Part shown: positions 9,117 to 19,260 of the stretch, in pieces
Numbering within the stretch: position 1 is the stretch's first letter
How the letters are laid out: each line of letters begins with the position of its first letter
NCBI GenBank assembly: GCA_021399345.1
Contig: JAAFKI010000045.1
Coordinates: 115,228-179,227, forward strand
Origin: Candidatus Heimdallarchaeota archaeon
GTDB taxonomy: Archaea > Asgardarchaeota > Heimdallarchaeia > Heimdallarchaeales > Heimdallarchaeaceae
Direction of reading: 5' to 3'
DNA: 64,000 bases
Position numbers and translations under genes: made by a program
The notes under the pieces: model-generated
What the model was told of the DNA's origin: nothing
Database searches by the model: none
What the model saw: the letters and a program-made list of their open reading frames with translations, nothing else

Positions 9117-9641
9117 ATGAATAATCTTGGTAGTTTTGAATACCAATATTCTGTTTTTTCTACATCCCAACCTTTCAATTCAAAAACGGTAATTGAACTC
9201 ATCAAAAAGCAGAAGAAGGATAATGTTCATTTACAGATATTAGATCCAACATTCATTGTTAGTGAAAAGCAAATCATAGCTGCCTTATATCACACCAAAA
9301 AAGCATTTCAAAGAGAGAATAACATTGCTAGAGATTTCACAACTGAATTTTTGTTGCGACTTTCAGGAAAAAGACAAATATCAAATGCAATAAACTTTCT
9401 AGGGATCAAAGATTCATGCATTAATATAATGATTATTGCTTTTGGTGAGAAGAAAGAAGAAATAGAATATGAATTTGATATCATTCTAGAAACAATTTCA
9501 AAGAATATAAATCTGCAAACAAAGAAGAAATTTCCTATAGCGAGTTTAGAAAAACTAGCATTACATTATAAATGTGAAGAAAATCTAGAAATAATTGAGA
9601 AAAAAGCTTTTGAAACAATGGCATTTGTAGAAATACTCTAA
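9117..9641 (+). CDS. cgi121: KEOPS complex subunit Cgi121
   Basis: EFLLRLSGKRQISNAINFLGIKD matches the conserved E.L.R.SG.RQI..AI...G.KD core of archaeal Cgi121. 174 aa. Starts 8 bp after the AMPpase stop. Confidence 0.8.
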   Translation: MNNLGSFEYQYSVFSTSQPFNSKTVIELIKKQKKDNVHLQILDPTFIVSEKQIIAALYHTKKAFQRENNIARDFTTEFLLRLSGKRQISNAINFLGIKDSCINIMIIAFGEKKEEIEYEFDIILETISKNINLQTKKKFPIASLEKLALHYKCEENLEIIEKKAFETMAFVEIL

Positions 9642-9642
9642 G

Positions 9643-10716
9643 CTAATAGGATGGTATCCAACTTTTTAGTAGCTGAAATCCCATTTCTCTATATTGAATA
9701 ACAATATTTTCAATTCGTTCCAATTGTTCTCTTTCCTTTGAGGGGGAAGAAAATATTATTGGCTTTAATTTATGAACCACCCCTGATAGTGAGCCGATGC
9801 CAGCTGTACTGTAAGCTTTCTTTCCACTTCCAGTTCTTAATTCATAATCAGGTTCAACTAATAATTTATTATACCAAAGAGGATGAGCTGACATTATTTT
9901 AAATCCTTCAGCTACAGGATATGAACCACCTTCCAGAATGTGGTGATTGAACTTCTCAATAGCAACTTTATTGGGAAGAAATACATTTCTACTGATAATT
10001 CCCTTTACATAGGTTTGTACTGTCTCTTCTTGTTCTATAATATGAAAAGGCAAAACAGTTGATACTTCTGTAATAGTTGCATCAATTTTATCTGAGTGAT
10101 AAATCTTATCTGCCGTATAGATTTTTCCGAGAAGATCCAAAGGTAAACATATACCATTTATTTCCAAAGAGTCTTCTAAATAATTCCCCCTATCCACAGA
10201 AAATTCAGAGTGATAAATGCCAGGACCAAAAATGACTGCTATACGTTCATCTGTAAGCTCCTTAAATGTTTGAGTTTCATCAGTTAACATCACGATTGTA
10301 TCTTTTCTCAGATCAATTACAGGTTTACTAAGAAAAACACCTTTGTTTGGAGTTCCTATTAGTTTAGTCCATGAAGTTATTATTAACAAAGAGTTCAAGT
10401 TTCTGGATTCCATTTCCTGTAATCTCATTTGCTTTTTCTTATTCTCTAAAGTAATTATTTCCTCATCAACTCTCTTGAGAACATGTTCTGTTTCAGGTAA
10501 ACGTCTAGGGTATCCTTCATCAGACATAAAAGCTATTAATTCACGTAAAGGAAGATCACCAGTATCAAAATCATAGAAGTTTGCGCCTGAACCATAGTAT
10601 TGTTTCAAGAGTTGTAAAAGTTCTATCCTCTTATGAATCTCTTTGTATTCTTTTGAATCTTCAACTTTCAGTGACATTGTAGTAACAAACTTCCATGTAT
10701 TGGCTATAGTATTCAC
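9643..10716 (-). CDS. hypothetical protein (357 aa), last gene of the argS-pfkB string
   Basis: Long uninterrupted ORF, 7 bp downstream of the PfkB kinase gene on the same strand. No motif I recognise. Confidence 0.65.
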   Translation of the reverse strand: MNTIANTWKFVTTMSLKVEDSKEYKEIHKRIELLQLLKQYYGSGANFYDFDTGDLPLRELIAFMSDEGYPRRLPETEHVLKRVDEEIITLENKKKQMRLQEMESRNLNSLLIITSWTKLIGTPNKGVFLSKPVIDLRKDTIVMLTDETQTFKELTDERIAVIFGPGIYHSEFSVDRGNYLEDSLEINGICLPLDLLGKIYTADKIYHSDKIDATITEVSTVLPFHIIEQEETVQTYVKGIISRNVFLPNKVAIEKFNHHILEGGSYPVAEGFKIMSAHPLWYNKLLVEPDYELRTGSGKKAYSTAGIGSLSGVVHKLKPIIFSSPSKEREQLERIENIVIQYREMGFQLLKSWIPSY

Positions 10717-10723
10717 TAATTGT

Positions 10724-11746
10724 TTAGCTATTTATTCTTTTTGAGATATGTAATGCATTTGGGTATTTTCCAGTTTCTATTAAATATGAGGCAGCCTCTA
10801 TTGCACAGTTTAAAGAGTCAATTATAGGATGAGAATCTAATAATGAATGAATAAAAGCTCCGTTGAAGCAGTCTCCTGCTCCAACAAATTTCACTTTATT
10901 TACAAGATTCTTTGTTTTTAGGTTAATTACTTCTTTTCCATAATAAGAAACATTATCCGATGTGTGCAAAATAATAGGAACATCAAGAAAACTTGCTAGT
11001 TCCCTTGGGGATTTTGAGAAGTGCTTACTAAGAACGGTTAATTCATATTCATTTACAGATAGATATTTTTCTCCTTCGAATTTCTTTAATTGTACTAATA
11101 TCTTACAAAATTCATCAATTCTTTCAAAATGAGAAATATCTGAAGGGTCAACAAAAATAATTCCTTCATATGATGCTCCAGAACAGGAAGAGATCATGTC
11201 AAGAGGATCAGTGCTATCTTCAAGTGAATCTAATATAGTTTCATCTTCTAAACTTAGGAGAAGAAAGCTTACCCATTCAATAGAAGTAGGATTCAGTGAA
11301 ACATTACTTATAGGTTTCAAAGGACTTTTTCTGTAGTATCTAATAATCTCTTCAGATAAACTTTCAATCGAGAGTTTTCCTTGAATTGAATTGAACTGTA
11401 TTTCACCATCTCGAAGATTCAGAATCGTAGTATAATTGACCTCTGCATTTTGTATAGTTTTTATCTGAATTGGTATGTCATTGTCTTTTATCAATATCTC
11501 AAAAAAGGTTGATGAAGGTCCAACATAGGTTACATTTCTCCCTAGTGTAGCTAAAGTTCGACAGAGGTTAAAGCCATTGCCACCAGGTTGGAAGTCCAAT
11601 CTTGTATCTGAATGGTGCGATCCTAGTTCAGGTAGTTCTTTGATAAAACCTGTTTTACTAGAGTTTAAAGGGTGAATGTCTATATCAATAAAAGCTGGAT
11701 CAAAACCACCATAAATCATTGTATCTTTTAGCATTAAATCAAACAC
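10724..11746 (-). CDS. PfkB-family carbohydrate/ribokinase-like kinase
   Basis: N-terminal GGNGFNLCRTLATLG and C-terminal VGAGDCFNGAFIHSLL (PfkB signature 2, GAGD anion hole). GTG start directly abuts the argS TAG stop; an ATG lies 4 codons later. Confidence 0.85.
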   Translation of the reverse strand: MFDLMLKDTMIYGGFDPAFIDIDIHPLNSSKTGFIKELPELGSHHSDTRLDFQPGGNGFNLCRTLATLGRNVTYVGPSSTFFEILIKDNDIPIQIKTIQNAEVNYTTILNLRDGEIQFNSIQGKLSIESLSEEIIRYYRKSPLKPISNVSLNPTSIEWVSFLLLSLEDETILDSLEDSTDPLDMISSCSGASYEGIIFVDPSDISHFERIDEFCKILVQLKKFEGEKYLSVNEYELTVLSKHFSKSPRELASFLDVPIILHTSDNVSYYGKEVINLKTKNLVNKVKFVGAGDCFNGAFIHSLLDSHPIIDSLNCAIEAASYLIETGKYPNALHISKRINS

Positions 11747-13771
11747 CTACATTTTCTCTAGTATATCAATTCCCATCACTTCAAATAAACTTTCCAAACA
11801 TTTAGTAAACGAGTATACAATAGCAATTCTTGTATCAAGACTGTCTTTATCTTCAGCTTGTAGAACTGGACATGCATCATAGAATTTGTGGAAAGCTGAA
11901 GCTAAAGAAAACGCATAATTAGCTACAATATCAGGTTTAAGTTGAGTTAGAGCTCTCTTCAAAACAAAAGGTAATTCTTCCATCAAAGAGATCATCTTCC
12001 ACTCTACTTCTTTCTTGATATCAAAATTGATTTTTTTTGCTGACTTGATTATACTATCAATAACAATCCCTTTTTCAGGAGCTTTTTGAAGAATGCTTAA
12101 TGCTCTGGCATAAGAATATTGCAGAAAAGGCCCTGTGTTTTCATTTGGATTAACTGCCTTTTTTGCATCAAAAGTTACAGTTTTTTGAGGATCAATCTTG
12201 AGTATTGAATAACGAATACTGCCTATAGAGACTCTCCTTGCAATATCCTCTTTAACTACAGAAGAATAATCGCGGTTTTCGAGAATGGTTTCAATCTCGT
12301 TTTTGGCCAATATAAACAATTCATCACAAGTAACATATTCGAATTCACGACCAGCCATTCTCCCTCCAACTAAAGTAACGATTTCATAATCATAATGTAA
12401 AATTTTGTCTGCTTTTGCATGTTCTCCCAAACCGTATAAAGCTGTTCTCACTGACAATTGTGCTAGTTGTTGATCTTTGCCAATTACATTAATACAATAA
12501 TCAGCATCAAACTTCTCTAATTTATGAAGATGGTAAGCTATATCTCTACAAGGATAAAGAGCAATGCCTTCAGAATTAACTAAAATTAAATCAGGTATTT
12601 CATAATTGATGTTGTATTTTTCCTTAAATCCTAGTTGAGAAGCTATCTTATCATTCTCAAGCAAGAGAGCTTGACCATCATGTCTTAGAAATTCTTTCTT
12701 ATCCAGTTGAGTAAGTATTTTTCCTACTTCTCTGCCCCAAGAAACTTCAGATTCCCAATCAAAATCATCATGGTAGATATTATAGAGATTCAAAGTTTCC
12801 GTATGTCCAGAAAGTGTTTTTTGTGTTACTTCCCTAAATTTGTCTACCATTTCTTTATCTTCTCCAGCAAGATAACCAACAAGATATTTATTTGCTAGAT
12901 CATCTAGATCTTCAACATTTAGAACGAGAAGATTTTTCAGCTGAAGATACAATTCGGAGAGTTTTTCTTTCAAAGAATTTTGAACGCGTAACAACTTCAG
13001 TAACTGTTTAAGCATCCTCTCTTTCTGTTGTTGATCAACATTGGATGTGTCAAGCTTAGCTTGATAATATTCTATTTCAACCTCACTTAACTCGTATGAT
13101 GAAGATTCCATATCAGGTATTATAAATAATGATTCAAATCCACTTTTAATCTGGTAAATTTCTAGAAATGTGTTCATTAAAGCATAGATTTTTCCTATCC
13201 AGATATCAATTTTAATGTCAGGTTTAACTCCATCATTGTCCAATAAGAAATACCCTATTATAACGGGGGCAATTTGGCGTCCAAGATCATTAACATAATA
13301 GCGAAAATTAACTTTAGCTCCCAGAAATCTATAAAGTCGTCCAATAACATCACCTAGAATGGAATTTCGTATGTTACCTATATGGAGGGGGCTGATAGGA
13401 TTAGCAGAAGTATGTTCAACTATAATCCGTTTCTTTTCTTTCAAATTGCTTTTTCCATATTTATCCAACGAAATTATCTCAGAAAGAATTATTTTTGCGA
13501 ATTCATTTTGATTGATGAAGAGGTTTAGAAAACCTCCCTTCAACTCAAATCTATCTATTATATCCATCATAGAGAAATTTTCAATTAGTTCTTTCCCTAT
13601 ATCTTGTGGTGTTAGAGAAGTTTCTTTGGCAGCATTAAAAAGTGGAAAACTAAGATCTCCCAAATTTGAAGAATGTGGTTTAGACCACACTAGCTCAGTA
13701 GCAATATCGTGCTTATCTTTAAGAATCTTTTGCAGTTGGTTTTTTATGGAATCATATATACGAGAATACAT
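11747..13771 (-). CDS. argS: arginine--tRNA ligase
   Basis: Class I HIGH motif in HTSANPISPLHIGNIRN. N-terminal Arg-tRNA-binding domain pattern and a C-terminal DALR-type anticodon-binding helical region. 674 aa. Confidence 0.93.
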   Translation of the reverse strand: MYSRIYDSIKNQLQKILKDKHDIATELVWSKPHSSNLGDLSFPLFNAAKETSLTPQDIGKELIENFSMMDIIDRFELKGGFLNLFINQNEFAKIILSEIISLDKYGKSNLKEKKRIIVEHTSANPISPLHIGNIRNSILGDVIGRLYRFLGAKVNFRYYVNDLGRQIAPVIIGYFLLDNDGVKPDIKIDIWIGKIYALMNTFLEIYQIKSGFESLFIIPDMESSSYELSEVEIEYYQAKLDTSNVDQQQKERMLKQLLKLLRVQNSLKEKLSELYLQLKNLLVLNVEDLDDLANKYLVGYLAGEDKEMVDKFREVTQKTLSGHTETLNLYNIYHDDFDWESEVSWGREVGKILTQLDKKEFLRHDGQALLLENDKIASQLGFKEKYNINYEIPDLILVNSEGIALYPCRDIAYHLHKLEKFDADYCINVIGKDQQLAQLSVRTALYGLGEHAKADKILHYDYEIVTLVGGRMAGREFEYVTCDELFILAKNEIETILENRDYSSVVKEDIARRVSIGSIRYSILKIDPQKTVTFDAKKAVNPNENTGPFLQYSYARALSILQKAPEKGIVIDSIIKSAKKINFDIKKEVEWKMISLMEELPFVLKRALTQLKPDIVANYAFSLASAFHKFYDACPVLQAEDKDSLDTRIAIVYSFTKCLESLFEVMGIDILEKM

Positions 13772-13964
13772 GTGAATTACTCCTAGGTTGGTACAAACTA
13801 TCTGGTTTCTACTTTTACAAATTTCTTTAAAAAATACTTAAACTTTCCCTCTTTCGGTTGTTTTACATAAACTTTTATTTGGAAAATATCCAAAGATGTG
13901 AAGAGATAAATAAGAGTGTATAAAAAACAGTACAAACTCTCGAAATTATAGATAGGGGAAAAAA

Positions 13965-14294
13965 ATGGGTAAAATACAAAACGTAACAAATGATGAATTT
14001 GAGGAGATTTTAAAATCTGAAACAAAACCGATTATAGTAGATACTTGGGCACCTTGGTGTGGCCCATGCAGAAGTATAGAACCATTTTTTGAACTATTAT
14101 TTGAGAAGTATGCAAATTCTGTTAGATTCCTTCGAATGAATATGGACCAAGAATCGATATTTGCTCAAAAATATATGGTTTCCAGTCTTCCCACATTTGT
14201 AGTATTTAAAGATGGAAAGCCGTTCAATTCACTTATTGGTGCTAAGAGAGATAAACTAAAAGATTTGGTTGAAAAAACTGCAAAAGGCAAATAA
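13965..14294 (+). CDS. trxA: thioredoxin
   Basis: WAPWCGPCR active site. 109 aa with a typical Trx layout (VDTWAPWCGPC...LPTFVVFKDG). A TATA-like gtataaaaaa lies ~40 bp upstream. Confidence 0.9.
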   Translation: MGKIQNVTNDEFEEILKSETKPIIVDTWAPWCGPCRSIEPFFELLFEKYANSVRFLRMNMDQESIFAQKYMVSSLPTFVVFKDGKPFNSLIGAKRDKLKDLVEKTAKGK

Positions 14295-14364
14295 TTATGC
14301 AGTTAAGTTTTTAGGCTAGTTTTTTTCATAGTTTAGTGTAAGAGAGACTTACGAGTGAAATTAT

Positions 14365-14991
14365 TTGAGCTTTGATAGAAAGAAAATTACCTACCCCTCT
14401 GGCATATACGAGTATTTGGCTAGAAAGGCTAATGCAGCAGTAGGGGAGGCTTTCATTACCATCTCATTTCCTGTTTTAGAGATTAAATTCTTGAATACTA
14501 GCAGAAAAGGCAGTCAGAAAACTATTGATTGGTTGTTTGAAGAATTAAGTCAAAGAATTGTAAATATCTCAAAGAAGTATAAACTAGATTTAGGACAAAG
14601 TGCTCAAAGGAGGGATTTGGTGATAGACTATAAAGTTAAAGAGACCTCTCAACAAATTAATATCACAGGTTACCATCATATTCCAATTAAATCGTTTGGA
14701 AATATTCTAGATATAGTTTTGTGGAGTTATATTATTTTCATAACGGGACATACTACAAGTGAAGATAAAGAAGCAAAGGAACTGCATCAGAAGTATTTGG
14801 AGAGTTTAGAGGAATTCAAGAACTACTGGAATAGAATGCCAAGAAAGAAATTACCTTTACTAGATGAGAAAGCTTGTTTTATTTGTGGAAAGGAAGCATT
14901 TGCAATAAATGGGTGGATCTATAAATCCAAAGGAACAAGTGTAGAGATTTATACTCCAGTTTGTAAAACACATCGAGATAGACTTATCTAG
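14365..14991 (+). CDS. hypothetical protein with C-terminal Cys/His cluster
   Basis: 208-aa ORF opening with TTG (no early ATG; start uncertain). The C-terminus CFICGKE...x24...CKTHRDRL suggests a small zinc site. Lies 50 bp upstream of the roadblock gene. Confidence 0.5.
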   Translation: MSFDRKKITYPSGIYEYLARKANAAVGEAFITISFPVLEIKFLNTSRKGSQKTIDWLFEELSQRIVNISKKYKLDLGQSAQRRDLVIDYKVKETSQQINITGYHHIPIKSFGNILDIVLWSYIIFITGHTTSEDKEAKELHQKYLESLEEFKNYWNRMPRKKLPLLDEKACFICGKEAFAINGWIYKSKGTSVEIYTPVCKTHRDRLI

Positions 14992-15041
14992 AAAAAATTC
15001 ATTTAAGAAAGTTTATAATTTTGTTCTTTCAATGTAGATTA

Positions 15042-15425
15042 ATGTTAGATTTTATAACTCCTGAGAAGAAGAATGAATTATTAATAACACTGCGTGATAT
15101 TTCAAAGGAATGTAGCTTAAGTGCAATCGCTGTAGTAAGTTCTGAAGGACAAGAAGTAGCATTCTTTGCAGAGAAAAGTACAGATCAAGTTATCATGTCC
15201 GCTTTAGCCTCTGCTCTCAACTCAGCTGGTCAACAAACTGTAAATCAGATTAAGTGTGGAAATTTGGATCAAGTAATTATTAAAGGATCTGAAGGGTTTG
15301 TTATTCTTCTAAATCTTGACCAATTCATTGTCCTTGCTGCATCTAAAGACATTTACACTTTAGCTCTTGCAATGACAGTACTTGGAAAATACAGTAAAAA
15401 AGTATATCAGATTCTTACGACTTAA
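15042..15425 (+). CDS. Roadblock/LC7 (MglB-like) domain protein
   Basis: LSAIAVVSSEGQEVAFFAEKSTDQVIMSALASALNSAGQQTVNQIKCGNLDQVIIKGSEGFVILLNLDQFIVLAAS follows the Roadblock/LC7 alpha-beta pattern. ATG at 15042 (track ORF opens at TTG 15021). Confidence 0.7.
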   Translation: MLDFITPEKKNELLITLRDISKECSLSAIAVVSSEGQEVAFFAEKSTDQVIMSALASALNSAGQQTVNQIKCGNLDQVIIKGSEGFVILLNLDQFIVLAASKDIYTLALAMTVLGKYSKKVYQILTT

Positions 15426-18231
15426 CTCGCTTTTTCTTAGTTATCAACAAATAAACAACACATACTATTAATGAAATTTCAACCACTATAGGTCCCCAAG
15501 AAACCTTTGCTAGAACATGAATTTTCCATGAATGTGTACCAAATGAGGAACGGATTGCGAGAGTGTGTTCTCCAGGAGAAATTGAATATAGTGATGGGTC
15601 AAAACTAATCAAATATGTTCCATTACCATAATCAATCTTATCATAATTTCGAACTACAATAACATCCTTGTTCTGTACTGTTAAATAAAAATCCCAATTG
15701 GTTAAGGGTTTATAATTGTTAGCAGCACTTATTGTTACTTCGATAGTGTCTTCTCCCTTCACTGCTTCCAAACTGGATATATTATAAGCAAATTCAAGAT
15801 TTGTTACAACTGCTGTACTCATGATATTATGAAGCAATTCTTGATTATCTCCAAAGTTTAAAGCAGAGTTCAACACTTTGTAATCCATTTGCAAATTATC
15901 ATAGAGATATGGAGAATTTAGAAACATTGACAAATCATTTACCGCAACCACTAGTGAACCATTATTACTTCTATAGTCAGAATAAACAAAACGATCAAAT
16001 ATAGTTCCAACGGAATCATTTGTTTTTATCACATCAAAAGGAGATGGGATAAAGATCTCTTGCAGACTATTAGGATTTGAAGTTAAAAGATGGAAATTTG
16101 ATGATAAATTAATCGTCTCATTGATTAATCCTGTTTGGCTATATGTGATGTTAAGTGCATCAAGAAGGCTATTAAGGCCGCCAATATCACTTTCCTTAGA
16201 AGGAAAAATCACAATTGCGCCACCTGAATAATCTCCTCCTGGATAAATGTAATCTAAAATTGCTGAAGAATCCAAAGAGGAGAAATTATGAAGAAGTGAA
16301 TTATTATGGTTAATTAAAGCTATAACTTCATAATTGTTGAGATTCATTTGGTTTAGATGGAAAACATTTTCATCTCTTCTTAATATTTCAGGAATCAACC
16401 CATAGAATCTGGCTGTATCTAGAAAATTGTTCAGATTACCATATAACGAGAAAAGCGCTTCATCTCCAACCTCATTGCAGTCAAATAATATTCTCCCTTT
16501 TCCAATTCTTATGTGAAAGTCAAAATCTATAGAATAAGTTTGATTATCGGCTACAAAATCAAGATGACTGCTGATTGGTCCCGTAAACAGATTCTCTGAT
16601 GAAAATTCCACTAGAATATCATGTTGACCGATTTCATAGTCCGCTGGTATGTTACTTAGCGTTAATAGCTCAGTTAATACAGCTGGATACCCCACTACCA
16701 AATAATCAATTTTCTTGTTGATAAACAGATGAATATAGAATGATTGCCTTTCATTTTTGAAAAATACTTGTCTGGTATAGGGTAAATCTGAAGGCCAGAT
16801 GGTTATACTTTGCGGATCTTGTAAGTAGTTTCTAGCTGCACTGGCATCTACTAATCCTGCTCCTTGATAATCTGGTGGTACAAAGAGACCGATATATTCT
16901 CCAAAAGGAGATAGATAATCTATTGTTAATGACTCTGAAGTTTCAAGAAGTGCAGCTTTCAAGATTGACGGTTTATACTCAGGATAAATTTGCTTTAATA
17001 ACAAACACAATCCTGACACAACAGCTGTTGAGTAACTTGTCCCTGATACTATAGTTGATCCTTGTAAATTAGTTGAAGTAGTATTTAAAAAAACACCAGG
17101 AGCAACAACATCTGGCTTTGACCAAGTATTTTCTAAATCTACAGAGTCAAAAAGAAAATTTTCCGAACTTACATTGTAATTTACAGCTACAGGCCCAGCA
17201 CTACTCTCCTCGAATAAAATTTTATTATTATCTATAGCTCCCACAGTAATAGCCTGCATAGCAATTCCTGGACTTAAAATTGTATATTTATCATTATATC
17301 CAAATTCAGCAATTCCTCGTGAATTCCCTGTAGCTACACATACCACAACTCCACTTTTTACTGCACTATTAACAGCTTCAACCTCTGGAGATTCTTTATT
17401 CGAAACTTCTTTTCCTAAAGAGAGATTTATTACATCTACCCCGTTTGCTACAGCCCAGTCAATTCCTTCAATTAAATCTTCAATTGAACCTGTAGCATCA
17501 TAAGAAAGAATCTTTCCAACTAAAAATTCACAGTTCGGTGCTACTCCACGATCATACCCATATAATCCGTTACCACCAATTATCCCAGCAACTTCTGTAC
17601 CATGTCCATTATCATCTTCAACATTGGCATTGTTCTCAATAAAATTCCAACTGTCTATTATTCGATTTTCACCATCCAAACCCACTTCTAGTGCAGGATG
17701 GTCTGTTTTTATTCCTGTATCCAGAATTGCTACTAAAGTTTCATTTCCGAAAAATCCTAAATCCCAAAGTGCTTGAGTATTGATTTTGCTATTAAAATCA
17801 TCTATGTCTCTACTTATGTTTAAAGAAGTCAAATGAGCATCTAAACTAGCTGCTCTTATCTTCGAGTTTTCCCATACTGAAAGTATATTCCCTATCTTAA
17901 TCTGGTTTAACAATGCAGCTTTTGAAATTGTTAAAGCAATTCCTTCAAATGTTTCAAAGAATTTGAGATCTTTTCCCACAATCTCAAGAGAACGAATAGC
18001 ATCTTTATTATTAGTCTTTACTAGAATTCTAAAGAAGTCATTATTTTTCGATTGAAGAATTTCATCTAGGAGAAAATTCTCTTTAAAGATAGTTGATAAT
18101 TTGTCGGTATCATGTGAAAGATCTAGAAAAGAATCATCAGTTGAGCAACTATAGGAAGTATAAGAAAACAAGCATAAAATAATAATTAGAAAACCTGAAC
18201 ATTTTGTAAATAGGAGGGGAATTTGTTTCAC
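15415..18231 (-). CDS. secreted subtilisin-like serine protease (peptidase S8) with large C-terminal extension and TM anchor
   Basis: Catalytic triad contexts VAILDTGIKTDHPAL (Asp), DDNGHGTEVAGIIGG (His) and GTSYSTAVVSGLCLLL (Ser). N-terminal signal sequence. ~500-aa extension, then a hydrophobic helix plus KKKRVKS. Confidence 0.9.
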   Translation of the reverse strand: MKQIPLLFTKCSGFLIIILCLFSYTSYSCSTDDSFLDLSHDTDKLSTIFKENFLLDEILQSKNNDFFRILVKTNNKDAIRSLEIVGKDLKFFETFEGIALTISKAALLNQIKIGNILSVWENSKIRAASLDAHLTSLNISRDIDDFNSKINTQALWDLGFFGNETLVAILDTGIKTDHPALEVGLDGENRIIDSWNFIENNANVEDDNGHGTEVAGIIGGNGLYGYDRGVAPNCEFLVGKILSYDATGSIEDLIEGIDWAVANGVDVINLSLGKEVSNKESPEVEAVNSAVKSGVVVCVATGNSRGIAEFGYNDKYTILSPGIAMQAITVGAIDNNKILFEESSAGPVAVNYNVSSENFLFDSVDLENTWSKPDVVAPGVFLNTTSTNLQGSTIVSGTSYSTAVVSGLCLLLKQIYPEYKPSILKAALLETSESLTIDYLSPFGEYIGLFVPPDYQGAGLVDASAARNYLQDPQSITIWPSDLPYTRQVFFKNERQSFYIHLFINKKIDYLVVGYPAVLTELLTLSNIPADYEIGQHDILVEFSSENLFTGPISSHLDFVADNQTYSIDFDFHIRIGKGRILFDCNEVGDEALFSLYGNLNNFLDTARFYGLIPEILRRDENVFHLNQMNLNNYEVIALINHNNSLLHNFSSLDSSAILDYIYPGGDYSGGAIVIFPSKESDIGGLNSLLDALNITYSQTGLINETINLSSNFHLLTSNPNSLQEIFIPSPFDVIKTNDSVGTIFDRFVYSDYRSNNGSLVVAVNDLSMFLNSPYLYDNLQMDYKVLNSALNFGDNQELLHNIMSTAVVTNLEFAYNISSLEAVKGEDTIEVTISAANNYKPLTNWDFYLTVQNKDVIVVRNYDKIDYGNGTYLISFDPSLYSISPGEHTLAIRSSFGTHSWKIHVLAKVSWGPIVVEISLIVCVVYLLITKKKRVKS

Positions 18232-18276
18232 ATAACATGTTTTACAATTTAACTATAAAAATTTAAGGTGAAGTAC

Positions 18277-19113
18277 CTAATTAAAATCATTGACAGCATC
18301 TTCGAGATTGTTGATAATTATATCTGGTCCACTGTCTTCTTTCAAATCTCCTAGATCATCCATTGATGTAACACCAGATAAAACTAAACAAGAATTTATC
18401 CCTGCTTTATTAGCTCCATATATATCTGTTTCAATTCTATCTCCAAACATTATTGAGAGGTCTTTCTTCGATTTAGCTATCGAGATTGCTGTTTCATACA
18501 TTAAAGGAGCAGGTTTTCCAATAATAGTTTCGACTTTCCTGTTAGATAATGCTTCTAGCATTGCAATCATTGCACCTCCCCCCGGGATTAAACCTTTAAC
18601 TGAAGGGAATGTAAAATCACCATTGGTTGCTATGAATTGAACATTTTTATAATTTACAAGTATATGAGTTGCTCTCGCTATTTTCGTGTAATTAAAATTT
18701 CGATCCATTCCAGTAATAACGTAATCAATATTATCAAAATTTAAATTGAAAATATCTTCTTCATTTGTCTCTTCCCAATTATTAACAACATCCAATCCAG
18801 CAAGCAATAGTTCTCGTTTCAAACCTTGTTCCCCAATAACATACACAGAAGAGTTTGGGGCATTTTGTTTCAAATATTCAGCTGTTAAGGAAGCTGAAGT
18901 TAAAATGTGATTTATAGATAAAGAAATACCCAGATTCTTTAGTTTATCTTGAAATTCTTTTCGTGTTTTTGTACTATTATTAGTTAAAATGAAAATTTGC
19001 TTGTCTTTCTTTTCAAGCAGGTGTAAAAATTCCATAGCTCCCGGAAGAGGTGAATTTTCTTTATACAAAACTCCATCTCCGTCAAAGAGAAAGGTTTCGA
19101 AAATCTCAAACAT
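18277..19113 (-). CDS. HAD-superfamily hydrolase, subfamily IIA (NagD/phosphoglycolate-phosphatase-like)
   Basis: Motif I FLFDGDGVLY, motif II ILTNNST, motif IV GDRIETDIYGANKAG. 278 aa. Confidence 0.85.
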   Translation of the reverse strand: MFEIFETFLFDGDGVLYKENSPLPGAMEFLHLLEKKDKQIFILTNNSTKTRKEFQDKLKNLGISLSINHILTSASLTAEYLKQNAPNSSVYVIGEQGLKRELLLAGLDVVNNWEETNEEDIFNLNFDNIDYVITGMDRNFNYTKIARATHILVNYKNVQFIATNGDFTFPSVKGLIPGGGAMIAMLEALSNRKVETIIGKPAPLMYETAISIAKSKKDLSIMFGDRIETDIYGANKAGINSCLVLSGVTSMDDLGDLKEDSGPDIIINNLEDAVNDFN

Positions 19114-19260
19114 TAGTATCCTCTAATATTCTATTAAGAGATTATATAACAGTTTTTGAAAAAGAGGGTTCTAGAAGAAAAAGAGTGGATAACAATCATT
19201 AGATACTAAGTTTGCTCTATTTTCCAAACTTTTTTTATAGACTGAAGATATTGGATATTC

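Noticed and set aside
9643-10716. Considered whether the 357-aa unknown is the R15P isomerase or another pentose-bisphosphate enzyme, because of its proximity to AMPpase and PfkB.
   Set aside because: There is no resemblance to the eIF2B-like isomerase motifs or any nucleotide-binding motif. The proposal would rest purely on guilt by association.
12650-13150. Possible insertion or intein in ArgRS (674 aa, with a charged coiled-coil-like stretch KLDTSNVDQQQKERMLKQLLKLLRVQNSLKEKLSELYLQLKN).
   Set aside because: No intein splice-junction motifs (no Cys/Ser ... His-Asn-Cys/Ser/Thr blocks). The length is within the range of archaeal ArgRS, so this is likely just a lineage-specific helical insertion. 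An alignment is needed to say more.
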